From assembly GCA_965242865.1 (NCBI GenBank), contig CBDETK010000013.1, forward strand, positions 3,456,001-3,520,000: a DNA stretch of 64,000 nucleotides, in the 5' to 3' direction. The translations under genes and the position numbers were made by a program. This DNA comes from Candidatus Latescibacterota bacterium (GTDB lineage Bacteria; Latescibacterota; UBA2968; UBA8231). The notes below the pieces were generated by a model that searched no databases, was not told the DNA's origin, and saw only the letters and a list, made by a program, of their open reading frames with translations. Below, piece after piece: positions 40,405-49,305 of this stretch (position 1 is the first letter of the stretch; each line of letters starts with the position of its first letter).

Positions 40405-41365
40405 TTTGCAAAATTTTCGCCAAGTGCTCGGCGGGCGCGTTCCCGCCGCTGAGGATGCCCACGATCTTTTTGCCGGCCAAGGACTGGCGGAGCTTCAAGG
40501 CCACGGCCAGGGATGCGGCCCCGGCGCCTTCGGCCACCAGCTTGGCCTCCCGCGCCAGCAGGCCAATCGCCGCGTCGATCTCCTCGTCGGTGACCAGCTC
40601 AAAGCGATCGACGAGCGCCCACATCATGCGCGTAGTCAGTTCAAAGGGGACGCGCGTGGCAAGCCCTTCGTGCCGCGTAGTCATGGGGGCCGCCACGTCG
40701 AGCCGCCGCTGCTGCCACGCTCGGTGGCAGGCGGGCGCGCTCTCGGTTTGCACGCCGATGATCTCGACGGCCGGGTTTAGGTGGCGCGCCACGAGCGAGA
40801 TGCCGCAAATGCCGCTGCCGCCGCCGACGGGCACGATCAGCGCATCTACATCGGGCAGGGCGGCAAAAATCTCCAAGCCCATGGTGCCCACGCCGGCGAT
40901 CAGCAAAGGCTCGTTGGCCGAATGTACGTAGCGGCAGCCCGTGCGGCGCGCCACCCGCTCAACTTCTGCGCGGGCCTCGTCAAAATCGCGGCCCCAGAGG
41001 CGGACTTCGGCTCCGAGGGCGCGCATGGCCGCGACCTTCGCCGGGTTGCTGGCCCGCTCCGGCCCGTAGATGGTCACTGGCGTGTCAAAGAGCCGACCGG
41101 CGTAGGCCAGCGACTGGCCGTGATTGCCGGTGCTCGCGCTGATGACGCCCGGCTGCCGCTCGTCCGGGCGCAAGCGCCCGATGAGATTGACGCCGCCGCG
41201 GACCTTAAAGGCCCCCACGGGCTGCAAGTTCTCGCACTTGGCGTGGTATTCGCAACCCAGCATCTGCGAGAGCTTCCAGCAGTGGACCAGCGGCGTCGGC
41301 GTCAGATGCGCCCCAATAAACGCCGCGGCCTCTTCCACGGCCGCAAAAGTAAGTGTGTCTGTCAT
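40397..41365 (-). CDS. PLP-dependent threonine/serine dehydratase family
   Basis: KCENLQ.VGAFKVRG, ASTGNHG, PVGGGSG, LSGGN. Confidence 0.9.
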   Translation of the reverse strand: MTDTLTFAAVEEAAAFIGAHLTPTPLVHCWKLSQMLGCEYHAKCENLQPVGAFKVRGGVNLIGRLRPDERQPGVISASTGNHGQSLAYAGRLFDTPVTIYGPERASNPAKVAAMRALGAEVRLWGRDFDEARAEVERVARRTGCRYVHSANEPLLIAGVGTMGLEIFAALPDVDALIVPVGGGSGICGISLVARHLNPAVEIIGVQTESAPACHRAWQQRRLDVAAPMTTRHEGLATRVPFELTTRMMWALVDRFELVTDEEIDAAIGLLAREAKLVAEGAGAASLAVALKLRQSLAGKKIVGILSGGNAPAEHLAKILQNG

Positions 41366-41585
41366 CGGTTGTATTCCGTCCAACGCCTCTGCCTGTAATA
41401 TTGATTATTTAACGCGAGAGTTCAATCTCGCTATGGTCAACCGGCCCAATGTATCCCACCCAATTGATTTAATAAAACGGAATTTCCTATTTTACAGGTC
41501 TTTTTTTTAGTAAGGTTTTTTTGTAAAGGAAATTTCAAAAAACCCTTGTGGACTATCTAGATTAGATGCCCCTTATTTTTGTCTC

Positions 41586-41758
41586 TGCTTACAACTGTGC
41601 AGGTCCGTTTGTCGGGTAGCCTGCTAAATACAAGAGCCTGAACGTGGCCCAGGGTAGCTCCCTAGGGCTAGGTGAATAGGCAGGGACATTCCCGCACCAG
41701 ACTGCGCGGTTGTAAGCAACTGCCCGGCCCCTATAACGGGGGCCGCACCGCTACAACC
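41586..41758 (+). ncRNA. Structured leader RNA resembling a C4/CI-type antisense element with flanking target sites
   Basis: 41586-41602 pairs with 41702-41718 (17 bp, 2 G-U). Alternative cloverleaf closed by GGCAG/CTGCC (41679-41724). Downstream partial target GCTACAACC at 41750-41758. Confidence 0.6.
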
Positions 41759-41785
41759 AATTTAATCCCTCGCGGAAGGTGCATT

Positions 41786-41959
41786 ATGCTGACCCTGCTT
41801 ACTCTTATTTTTTCTCTGTTGGTTGCCGCGGTGTTGGGCTGCGGGGATCGGGATAACTCGGTGTCTGTGGAGTCTGCGGCTAAACTGGTTGAGTGTAATT
41901 TGTTCGATATAGCGGCGGGCAAAGAAGGCTGTGAAGTGGAGACGCCGCTTAGCGTTTAG
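41786..41959 (+). pseudogene. Lipoprotein N-terminus, apparently truncated at the IS end
   Basis: RBS GGAAGGT; MLTLLTLIFSLLVAAVLGC lipobox; the stop falls in the putative IS terminus. Confidence 0.55.
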
Positions 41960-41982
41960 TATATGTATGTTCAGGTTTCAAG

Positions 41983-42881
41983 TCAATCCTCCAGTAATAA
42001 CTCAAGCTGCTGATATTTTTGTGGAAACGCTCGATTCAGGTTTCGCTGGAACGCATCCCAATTCGACGATGCCCTCATTAACGCGGTCACTGCGGCTAAA
42101 TGCTCCTTGAGTTTGGGATGGCCTAGGTCTGGAGTGAGATATTGATGGTGACGATGTCGACGGTTCCCCGAAGGCATTATCGGATTCTTCTTGCGTAGCT
42201 CTTCTAGCACCGCTGGATCTAAACGGTTGTACACGATCTCATTGGTATAGCGGCCTATTACGGACGGACGCTTGACGCCGTCTGGTCCGGACCAGCCTTT
42301 GAGCCGGAAAATTTGTTCGTAGAATTCATACGGGAATGTTTTGGTCCAAGGCTGAAGCTCTTTGGCTATGAACTTCTCAATAATGTCCGTGAGTGCGCGT
42401 TCTGCACGGATGCGCTGATAGCCCGTCGCCTCGTCCACGAGAGCGATAATGCCCACCGTAGCAAATCCACGGACTAGAGTCATTGCCCGTTTGACAATAG
42501 AGGCTTGATTAGGACCAGCAAACCCTCTTTGATCCATTTCTAAAATTGTGTCACAAATATCTACAAGTATTTCAGCAGGATAGCCATAGGCTGTTCTACC
42601 GCGTGGCGGATAAAATTCTATCGGATTCATGATATGCACAATTAAGTCTTTGTTTTTTAATATAGTTATGTCTATATTTTTCAAAAAATCGACTATTCTG
42701 GGCGCACCACTTTTCCCTCCCCCAACACCCAATCCAATGCTACCTTGCAATCCGCGCTGAGACAAAACTCTCGTTTCGTCCTCCAAGACATAGCATGGAA
42801 TTTCAATATCTCCGAATCTCCGATTATAAGCGGCTTATCGGGTGCCCCCGCGATAACCTTTAAGGGGTCTTTTTGGCTCAT
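41983..42881 (-). pseudogene. P63C-domain protein, frameshifted
   Basis: GIIALVDEATGYQ, W.KTFP.EFY, IGRYTN.IVY.RL, HHQYLT. The N-terminus PLIIGD/IEIPCYVLED is split by an 8-bp duplication at 42808-42823. Confidence 0.82.
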
Positions 42882-43536
42882 GGTCTGACTCCTAATGCTC
42901 GATTGATAGTAAGGTTAAAGGCAAATTTTGGATTGGCTTTACGGAGGTTGTAGCGATAGCAGAACTCATCGACATAGCGTTGCAGGTGTCGTCTCGACAC
43001 ACTATGGAACTGGCCGAACATGCCGCGCTTGAGCAACGCCCAAAAGCTCTCAATCGTATTGGTATGAATATCGCCGTCTACGTACCACTCCTGATGGCGA
43101 ATGACTTGGTGCGGCAGAACCTTAGACATACCGAGATAGGCTTTGTACTCGTCGGTATAGAGACTGGACTTTTCTGTATTGACGTGCTGGCGGACGAAAG
43201 CCCGCCTATTGCGCCCCTTCATGTTCTTGGCCTCGGTTGCTTTAGCGGTTACATTGCCCTCGCGCTGGACTGCTCCGATAACAGGGGCTTTCTTAGTTCC
43301 CCGACCGCGTTTATGCTGGTTGTCTTTTCCGTCGCCGCGTGTGCCTTTGCGGGGCTTGCCGCCGATATAGGTTTCGTCCATCTCGACAATACCTTGCAGG
43401 ATAGTACGGTGCTCAATTTGGTTCATGGCTTTGCGAATTTGCATATTCATGCGCCATGCCGTGTTTTTATTGACCTTCAAATCGCGGGAAAGTTGGAGTG
43501 CAGAAATACCCTCCTTGGCATTGAGCATCAACATAC
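42878..43536 (-). pseudogene. IS1595-family (ISXO2-like DDE) transposase, N-terminally truncated
   Basis: GISALQL.R.L.V...TAW, VEMDETYIGG, YTDEY, HTNTIESFW..LKR, YVDEFCYRYN; no N-terminal zinc ribbon. Confidence 0.88.
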
Positions 43537-43645
43537 CGCCGCCTGCCTCATAAGCCCCAGATGTCGATCGCGACGAACAGGTCAAAGACCTCTTTGTCAA
43601 GGGAATTCGCCGCCTGCCTCATAAGCCCCAGATGTCGATCGCGAC
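43537..43645. repeat. 38-bp perfect direct repeat (43537-43574 and 43608-43645) with a 33-bp spacer
   Basis: CGCCGCCTGCCTCATAAGCCCCAGATGTCGATCGCGAC twice; the unit is the 3' end of the adjacent AAA gene plus 11 bp. Confidence 0.92.
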
Positions 43646-45193
43646 CCCACCACCCGACACTCGGCGATCTCGAAACACCTTGTCCTCCCAACGCCGACCC
43701 GCGCGCCGGTCGAAAATCACTAAATGACCCGCCTCGGCCGCGCAACGGTCCATGTACTCGGCGGTCTGCGCCACCCCCTCGGCGATCGTCTGCTCCAAGC
43801 TCTTGTGGAGCACTTTGCACTCGATCACGAACTTGCGCTCCCGCTCGCCCTGTGGCCAGACGAGGAGCAGATCGGTGCGTTTCCGACCCAAGCCATACTC
43901 GCGCTCAATGCGCCCGCCGCTGTTGACGATCCGTTGCAAAAACGCCTGCAACAGCAACTGCGGACCAGCCTCTTGATATTGGAATCGCTTCACCCAATGC
44001 TCGGAGTGTTCGCGGAAGAAGGTCTGAAACGCGGTCAGCAGTTTGACCACGTCCAAGCGACCATCGGCAAGGACGTACCAGGCTGTTTCCTGATTAAATT
44101 CCTCTTGGATCACCCAGGTCAGTTCGCGGGGGATGACCTCGGCGTAGATCGGATTGGCGATGCGGAGGGGGCGATCTTGAGCCACGAGACCCAGATCGCG
44201 CACGTATTCGAGATCGCGGGCCGAGAAGTCGCTCTTTTCAGCTCCGCTCAACAGCGGCTCCACGATGCGCCGCACGCGCTCCTCTTGGAGCTTGTCCGCC
44301 AATTGGTCGAGGTGGGTTTCGCGGCGGAGGATGAGGTGCTCTTTCGCCGCGATGATGGCCGTCGCCGTGATTGGCTCGCGCTGGTCAGCGGCCCCATCGC
44401 GGAAGCAGGTTTGATCGGCCAAGGCATTGACCAGCCACGGCTGCCCTTGGGTCTGCGTCCAGATCGTCTCTAGGGCGTCGGCGGTAAACGCCTGCCCGGT
44501 CTCCTCAGTGTGTTGAGCGAGCAGTGCCTGCACCTCGTCGGGCGAAAAGTCGCCTAAGCGCAACGAGCGCGATTTGATGTTGAACGCGCTCCCTCCGGCG
44601 ATGGTGGCATTGGCCGAACTAGAATGGATGCGGTAGTCGCGCACATCGCGCACCCCGCATAGCACCACGCTTTGCGGAAACCCTGCTGGGCGCAGGTCAT
44701 ACCCCGCCCGCAACTGCCGCAACACAGACAGGAGGGCGTCGCCGATCAGGGCGTCGATCTCGTCGATGAGCAACACCAGCGGCTTGGGGGCCGCCGAGGC
44801 CCAGCGCGTCAACGCCTCCTGTAAGGCAAGGTCGGGACCGAACTCAGCGAGGATAGCGGGCCAAATTTCGCCCAAAAACTCATCGCCAAAGGTCAAACGC
44901 TCCCGAGACGCCAACCCGGCCAAAACGGTGCGCGTCACTCGTTCCACATCTTCGCGGGCGGCTTGCCCGCTTTCGACGTTGACGTACACGCAACGGTAGA
45001 GACCCTCGGCGTTGAGCAGGTCGCGCAGTGCCAGCAGGATAGAGGTCTTGCCCGTCTGCCGGGGCGCGTGTAGGACGAAGTACTTCTCGTCGCGGATGAG
45101 GGCGCACACATCGTCTAGATCTAGGCGTTCCAGCGGCGGGATGCAGTAATGCCTTTCGGGCTTGATAGGACCGGCGGTGGTGAAGAAGCGCAT
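43619..45193 (-). CDS. AAA-family ATPase with C-terminal PD-(D/E)xK-like domain
   Basis: RFFTTAGP, APRQTGKT, LLIDEID, SAFNI, TQGQPWLVN; C-terminal EREYGLG..RTDL...IECK. Confidence 0.82.
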   Translation of the reverse strand: MRFFTTAGPIKPERHYCIPPLERLDLDDVCALIRDEKYFVLHAPRQTGKTSILLALRDLLNAEGLYRCVYVNVESGQAAREDVERVTRTVLAGLASRERLTFGDEFLGEIWPAILAEFGPDLALQEALTRWASAAPKPLVLLIDEIDALIGDALLSVLRQLRAGYDLRPAGFPQSVVLCGVRDVRDYRIHSSSANATIAGGSAFNIKSRSLRLGDFSPDEVQALLAQHTEETGQAFTADALETIWTQTQGQPWLVNALADQTCFRDGAADQREPITATAIIAAKEHLILRRETHLDQLADKLQEERVRRIVEPLLSGAEKSDFSARDLEYVRDLGLVAQDRPLRIANPIYAEVIPRELTWVIQEEFNQETAWYVLADGRLDVVKLLTAFQTFFREHSEHWVKRFQYQEAGPQLLLQAFLQRIVNSGGRIEREYGLGRKRTDLLLVWPQGERERKFVIECKVLHKSLEQTIAEGVAQTAEYMDRCAAEAGHLVIFDRRAGRRWEDKVFRDRRVSGGGVAIDIWGL

Positions 45194-45251
45194 GATGTAG
45201 GTCTCCGGTTCAGGGGACAGCCGGCAGCAAGGCAAGCCTTGTGCTACCCGT

Positions 45252-46127
45252 TCAAACCTTGCGCTTGGCCGCCCACACGGTGTTGTGGAGCAACAGCGCG
45301 ATCGTCATCGGCCCAACCCCATTGGGCACGGGCGTGATCGCCCGGACCTTGGGGCGCACCTGTTGGTAGTCCACGTCGCCGACGAGCCGCCAGCCGCGCT
45401 CGCGTGCGGGGTCATCGACTTGGTTGATGCCCACGTCGATTACCACCGCACCCTCTTTGACCATATCCGCCGTGATCCCCCGGGGAAACCCAGCCGCGAC
45501 CACTAGGATATCCGCTTGGCGCGTAAAGTGCCCGAGGTCGCGGGTGCCGGTGTGGCACAGGGTCACCGTGGCATTGGCCCCGGCCGCCTTGTGCCCCAGC
45601 AAGATGGCTACGGGCCGCCCCACGAGCGCACTGCGGCCAACGACGACCACGTGCTGGCCGGCCACCTCGACCCCGCTGCGGCGGAGAATCTGCAAAACCC
45701 CGTGCGGCGTACAGGGCCAAAAGCACTCCTCCTGCCGCACGAGGCGGCCCAAATTGACCGGGTGCAAGCCATCGACATCCTTGTCTGGGTCGATGGCGTT
45801 GAGGACTTGTTGCTCGTCTTGGCCCGGCAGCGGCAGTTGCACCAAGATGCCGTGAATCGCGTCGTCGGCGTTGAGCCGCTCAACAGTGGCCAGCACGTCC
45901 TCGGTCGCGGCGTTGGCCGGCAGATCGATTTGCACGGAGTGAATGCCGAGGACTTCGCAGGCGCGGCCCTTGGCGCGCACGTAGGACCGCGAGGCTGGGT
46001 CGTCCCCCACCAGCACCACCGCCAAGCCCGGCACCAGACCGTGCTCTCGCTTTAGGCGCGCGATGTCCGCCCGCAGCTCTTCTTGCACTTGGGCCGCCAT
46101 CGCCCGGCCATCGAGTCGCTCGCCCAT
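45252..46127 (-). CDS. folD: Methylenetetrahydrofolate dehydrogenase/cyclohydrolase
   Basis: GILVQLPLP, KDVDG, PCTP, VGRS..VGRP, ITPVP.GVGPMT. Confidence 0.96.
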   Translation of the reverse strand: MGERLDGRAMAAQVQEELRADIARLKREHGLVPGLAVVLVGDDPASRSYVRAKGRACEVLGIHSVQIDLPANAATEDVLATVERLNADDAIHGILVQLPLPGQDEQQVLNAIDPDKDVDGLHPVNLGRLVRQEECFWPCTPHGVLQILRRSGVEVAGQHVVVVGRSALVGRPVAILLGHKAAGANATVTLCHTGTRDLGHFTRQADILVVAAGFPRGITADMVKEGAVVIDVGINQVDDPARERGWRLVGDVDYQQVRPKVRAITPVPNGVGPMTIALLLHNTVWAAKRKV

Positions 46128-47488
46128 CACGCGCTTTTGGGTTGCAGGACGCTTTTCTGCACGACCCGTTGCAAGGCTGCGGGGACCTGCACTGCGCCGC
46201 CGGGTTGTTGATAGTTGTCCAAAATGGCGATCAGCAGCCGGCCCATCGCGCACCCGGTGTCATTGACGAGGTGGCAAAAGCCCCGGCCGGCCGCGCCCTT
46301 GTAGCGGATGTTCAAGCGCCGAGCCTGATAGTCCGTGGCGTTGGTGTCGGTCATTACCTCCATGAACTCGCCCGCCCCAGACATCCACACTTCCACATCC
46401 CGCTGCCGATGGCTGGCTAAATAGCCGGCGTCGCCGTGGCATTTATCGACGACCCGATAGGGCAAGGCCAGCTTTTGCAGGAGCCATTCGTTGATTTGGC
46501 CAAATTCTTCGTACAGGGCCGCGGACTGATCGGGCAGGCACACGGCGTTCATTTCGATTTTGTCAAATTGGTGCATGCGCTTAATGCCCTTGACGTCTTG
46601 GCCCCAAGACCCGGCTTCCGAGCGAAAGCAGGGCGTATAGGCAAAGAGCTTGACGGGTAATTCGGTCGCGTTCAAGGTCTGGTCCATGAAGTAGCTAAAA
46701 TTAGCCGGCTCAGAGGACCCGACTAGAAAAAGCTCGGCCCCTTCTTCTACGTTATCGGTTTTGATGGCATAGACTTGGTCGCGCCCTTCGGGAAAGTGCG
46801 AGGTGCCGTATAGCGCGCGAGCGCGCACTAAGAGCGGCGGCACGAACATCTCGTACCCGCGCCGCAACAACTCGTCTATGAGGAGCTGGCTCAGGGCGTA
46901 TTGCATCCGCGCCACATCGCCGCGCAAATAGGCAAAGCGCGAGCCGGAAACTTGGCCGCCCTGCAAGGTGTCGATGCCGCCCAATCGGACGCCGAGTTCG
47001 GCGTGATGGACGGGTGCGAAGGCGTCGTCTGGAGCGTGTAGGGGCCGCTTGGGCATATATGAAGCGCAGGTGTTCCCACGGCCCAGCTTGTCGGCGGCGA
47101 GGTAGCCCTGCCCCGGAATCCAAGCCTTCTCCTCGACGTTGTCTTCCTCGCCCGCGCCGGCGGGCATGTCGGGATGCGGCCAGTTGGGGAACCAATCCAT
47201 GATGGCTTGCCACTCGGCGACGATGGTTTCCAACTCGTGCTCCAGCACCCGCCCACGCTCGCGCAGCTCTCGTCCCTGTTGGCGCGCCGCGTCCGGGTCG
47301 GTGCGGCCGAGCCGCGCCAGTTGCTTTTTTTCGCTATTGAGCGCGTCGATGTCGCGTTGCAGTTGTTGGCGCGCCGCGTCGAGGGCCAACCAGCGATCTA
47401 CATTGGCTTTGGCCGGGTCAACGTTCCGCACCCGGATCGCTTCGCGCATGGCGTCGGGATGGGCGCGCACGGCCTTGGGGTCGATCAT
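46127..47488 (-). CDS. serS: Serine--tRNA ligase (divergent)
   Basis: N-terminal coiled coil, motif 2 CFRSEAG...HQFDKIE, TDYQARRL, ILDNYQ. Confidence 0.9.
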   Translation of the reverse strand: MIDPKAVRAHPDAMREAIRVRNVDPAKANVDRWLALDAARQQLQRDIDALNSEKKQLARLGRTDPDAARQQGRELRERGRVLEHELETIVAEWQAIMDWFPNWPHPDMPAGAGEEDNVEEKAWIPGQGYLAADKLGRGNTCASYMPKRPLHAPDDAFAPVHHAELGVRLGGIDTLQGGQVSGSRFAYLRGDVARMQYALSQLLIDELLRRGYEMFVPPLLVRARALYGTSHFPEGRDQVYAIKTDNVEEGAELFLVGSSEPANFSYFMDQTLNATELPVKLFAYTPCFRSEAGSWGQDVKGIKRMHQFDKIEMNAVCLPDQSAALYEEFGQINEWLLQKLALPYRVVDKCHGDAGYLASHRQRDVEVWMSGAGEFMEVMTDTNATDYQARRLNIRYKGAAGRGFCHLVNDTGCAMGRLLIAILDNYQQPGGAVQVPAALQRVVQKSVLQPKSA

Positions 47489-47615
47489 AATGCTTGCTCT
47501 CAGTTTTGGGTGAAAAAGTAAGAACGCCGCTGGCGCGAATCGTGGCAAGGCGAGAAGGGGCTACAGAAAGGGCCGCTAGAAAGCAAATCTGGCGGCCTTT
47601 TGTGGGGGGCGGAGC

Positions 47616-47686
47616 TTTCGACTCGGCTGCACTGCGCTCAGCACGACAGAGGCGGTCGGTCGTGCTGAGCGCAAGCGAAGCATCTC
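47616..47686. repeat. REP-like palindromic element
   Basis: Perfect 15-bp inverted repeat TGCGCTCAGCACGAC (47633-47647) / GTCGTGCTGAGCGCA (47659-47673), flanked by TTTCG...CGAAG. Confidence 0.65.
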
Positions 47687-47884
47687 ACACCGCTTCTACG
47701 GTCGGGGACTTAGGGGGCGGGTGGGGTACACAGAGCATGTTTAGATGGTACACTCTCAGCCGTAACTCGTCGCAGGACAATCACCGAATTCATTTACTAC
47801 CCCTACAACAGCACAACACACACCGCCCGCCCTTCCCTGATTGCTTTCTTGCCTTGACCAAAATCCCCGGCGGCGTAGCTTCGG

Positions 47885-48085
47885 GTGGCCTATTGTCGCC
47901 TTAACGGTTTTTTTAGTGCGGCTGTGGTAGGCGATTTGGAGGTTATTCAGCTATTCGTACAGGCAGGCATGTCGGTTAATACACGCCGCTACGAAAGGGG
48001 CTGGGGCGGCAGGACAGCCCTGCACATTGCGGCGCATGAAGGTCATTTGGAGATCGTAAAGTATTTGGCGTCTCAAGGTGGGTAG
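47885..48085 (+). pseudogene. Ankyrin-repeat protein fragment
   Basis: AAVVGDLEVIQLFVQAGMSVN and GRTALHIAAHEGHLEIVKYLASQG; two repeats, no convincing N-terminus. Confidence 0.75.
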
Positions 48086-48331
48086 GGCTGCTCGTCTTTT
48101 TCGTCGGTAGAGTAGAGCAAGGGCAGCACTCGATTGGGTTCGGGGGCCTGCCCTCTTTTTTGTTTGGATACTCCTCATAATTAGGCTTATCGGTAGTGAA
48201 AGCACACCTACTAGTTCTGCCACGGTCACCGGCGCATGATGGGGGCGCGGGCGGTGTGGTTGGTGTGATATGATAGGGTCAGTTTGGCCTTGAACGGCTT
48301 AGGAGGCGTTTGGGGCGGTCTGGGGTGATGC

Positions 48332-48833
48332 TTACGGGGACACTAAGATCGCCAGACGGACATTATCTATTTCAGAAAGTCCTACAGAAAGACCTTCTGC
48401 CCCGGTTAAGAGGAGCTTAACTGGGTCCCAGATCAGGAGTCCGCCCTCGAAGATGAAGAGCATTGGAAGCAGAGGATCCTCCGCCATCAGCGCGGCTTCT
48501 GAGGGTACAAGTGTTGACACATTTATTAAGAGATAGTCTATCGGCATGTAACCCGCGGCGTCGGCGAGGCCGAGGTCGATGTTGAACTTGAGATACAGGG
48601 CTTGGAAGGTTATCGGGGTTATCCGGTCGTCCTCGATGGTGATGTTGCCATCCGCGGGACAGTCGTCGCTCGATAATGATTCCTTGTCGCGGCGGTGCGG
48701 TTTCGCCGCGTGGCCCGGTTGGTCCGATGGGGCCTTGTGGTCCAGCGGGGCCTTCGCAGGCCATTAGGCTGGCAGTCAGTAGGGCGACGACAAGACCGAG
48801 GCGATTACGCATGGTATTCTTTTTTCGGAGCAT
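48332..48833 (-). pseudogene. Collagen-like (Gly-X-Y) lipoprotein, frameshifted near 48655
   Basis: Lipobox LMAC then GPAGPQGPIGPTGPRGE; the sequence continues in another frame as DGNITIEDDRITP...LAILVSP*. Confidence 0.65.
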
Positions 48834-48963
48834 GGTATTCTTTCTTCGGGTTATGGGTATTGGGTGGAGGATTGGGGAAGATAGCAGGCCGACTTGCTTT
48901 TGTCCACTACGTGGCTGTGTGAGTCTTGCTGTGCTGTGCTGGGGCTGGGGCTGGTTGGCTGGT

Positions 48964-49305
48964 GTGTTGAACAAAGAACAAGTTGAGTTGATAGGCTCCG
49001 TTTTAGATCTCCGGCTAAAAGCGGTGGTTGCGGAGATGCGCCTCGCAACCAAGGAAGAGGGGGAGAAGGTGCGCGAAGCAATGGATACGACGATTAAGGA
49101 GTTACGCGTCGAGATGAAGGACGAGGTGCGCCAGCAATCCAAGTATTTTTGTTGGGTTATAGGGGGTCTGGTCGCTATTTGGCTTGCCGCGGCGACCCTC
49201 GCTGTAAATAAGTGGCCCCAAGCCACGCCGGTCGCTCCGGCAGCCCCAGTTGCCCAAGCCGCGCCCGTTACTCCCGCCGAGCCTCCCGGTCTGAGCCAGC
49301 CCTAA
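48964..49305 (+). CDS. Small coiled-coil protein with C-terminal TM and Pro/Ala tail (DUF1640-like)
   Basis: LATKEE...IKELRVEMKDEV heptads followed by WVIGGLVAIWLAAATL. Confidence 0.5.
   Translation: MLNKEQVELIGSVLDLRLKAVVAEMRLATKEEGEKVREAMDTTIKELRVEMKDEVRQQSKYFCWVIGGLVAIWLAAATLAVNKWPQATPVAPAAPVAQAAPVTPAEPPGLSQP

Larger units (their letters stand above)
41952..43536 (-). mobile_element. Decayed IS1595-family element carrying a P63C passenger gene
   Basis: Low-GC segment with a 5'-truncated ISXO2-type transposase and overlapping P63C gene. One putative end near CGTTTAGTATATGTA; the other end is missing. Confidence 0.7.

Noticed and set aside
41586-41745. 6S RNA, retron msr-msd or tRNA
   Set aside because: No reverse transcriptase in the window, no tRNA T/D-loop consensus, and no 6S motifs that I could recognise; the C4-like layout fits better. 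A covariance search is still needed.
43537-43645. Mini CRISPR array (38-bp repeat, 33-bp spacer)
   Set aside because: Only two copies, the repeat is the coding 3' end of the adjacent gene, and there are no cas genes or leader.
43548-43820. 90-aa ORF ending in VAIDIWGL like the AAA protein
   Set aside because: A by-product of the 38-bp duplication; the rest is an out-of-frame reading of the AAA gene.
47951-48229. 92-aa minus-strand ORF
   Set aside because: Overlaps the ankyrin fragment antisense and has no recognisable motif.
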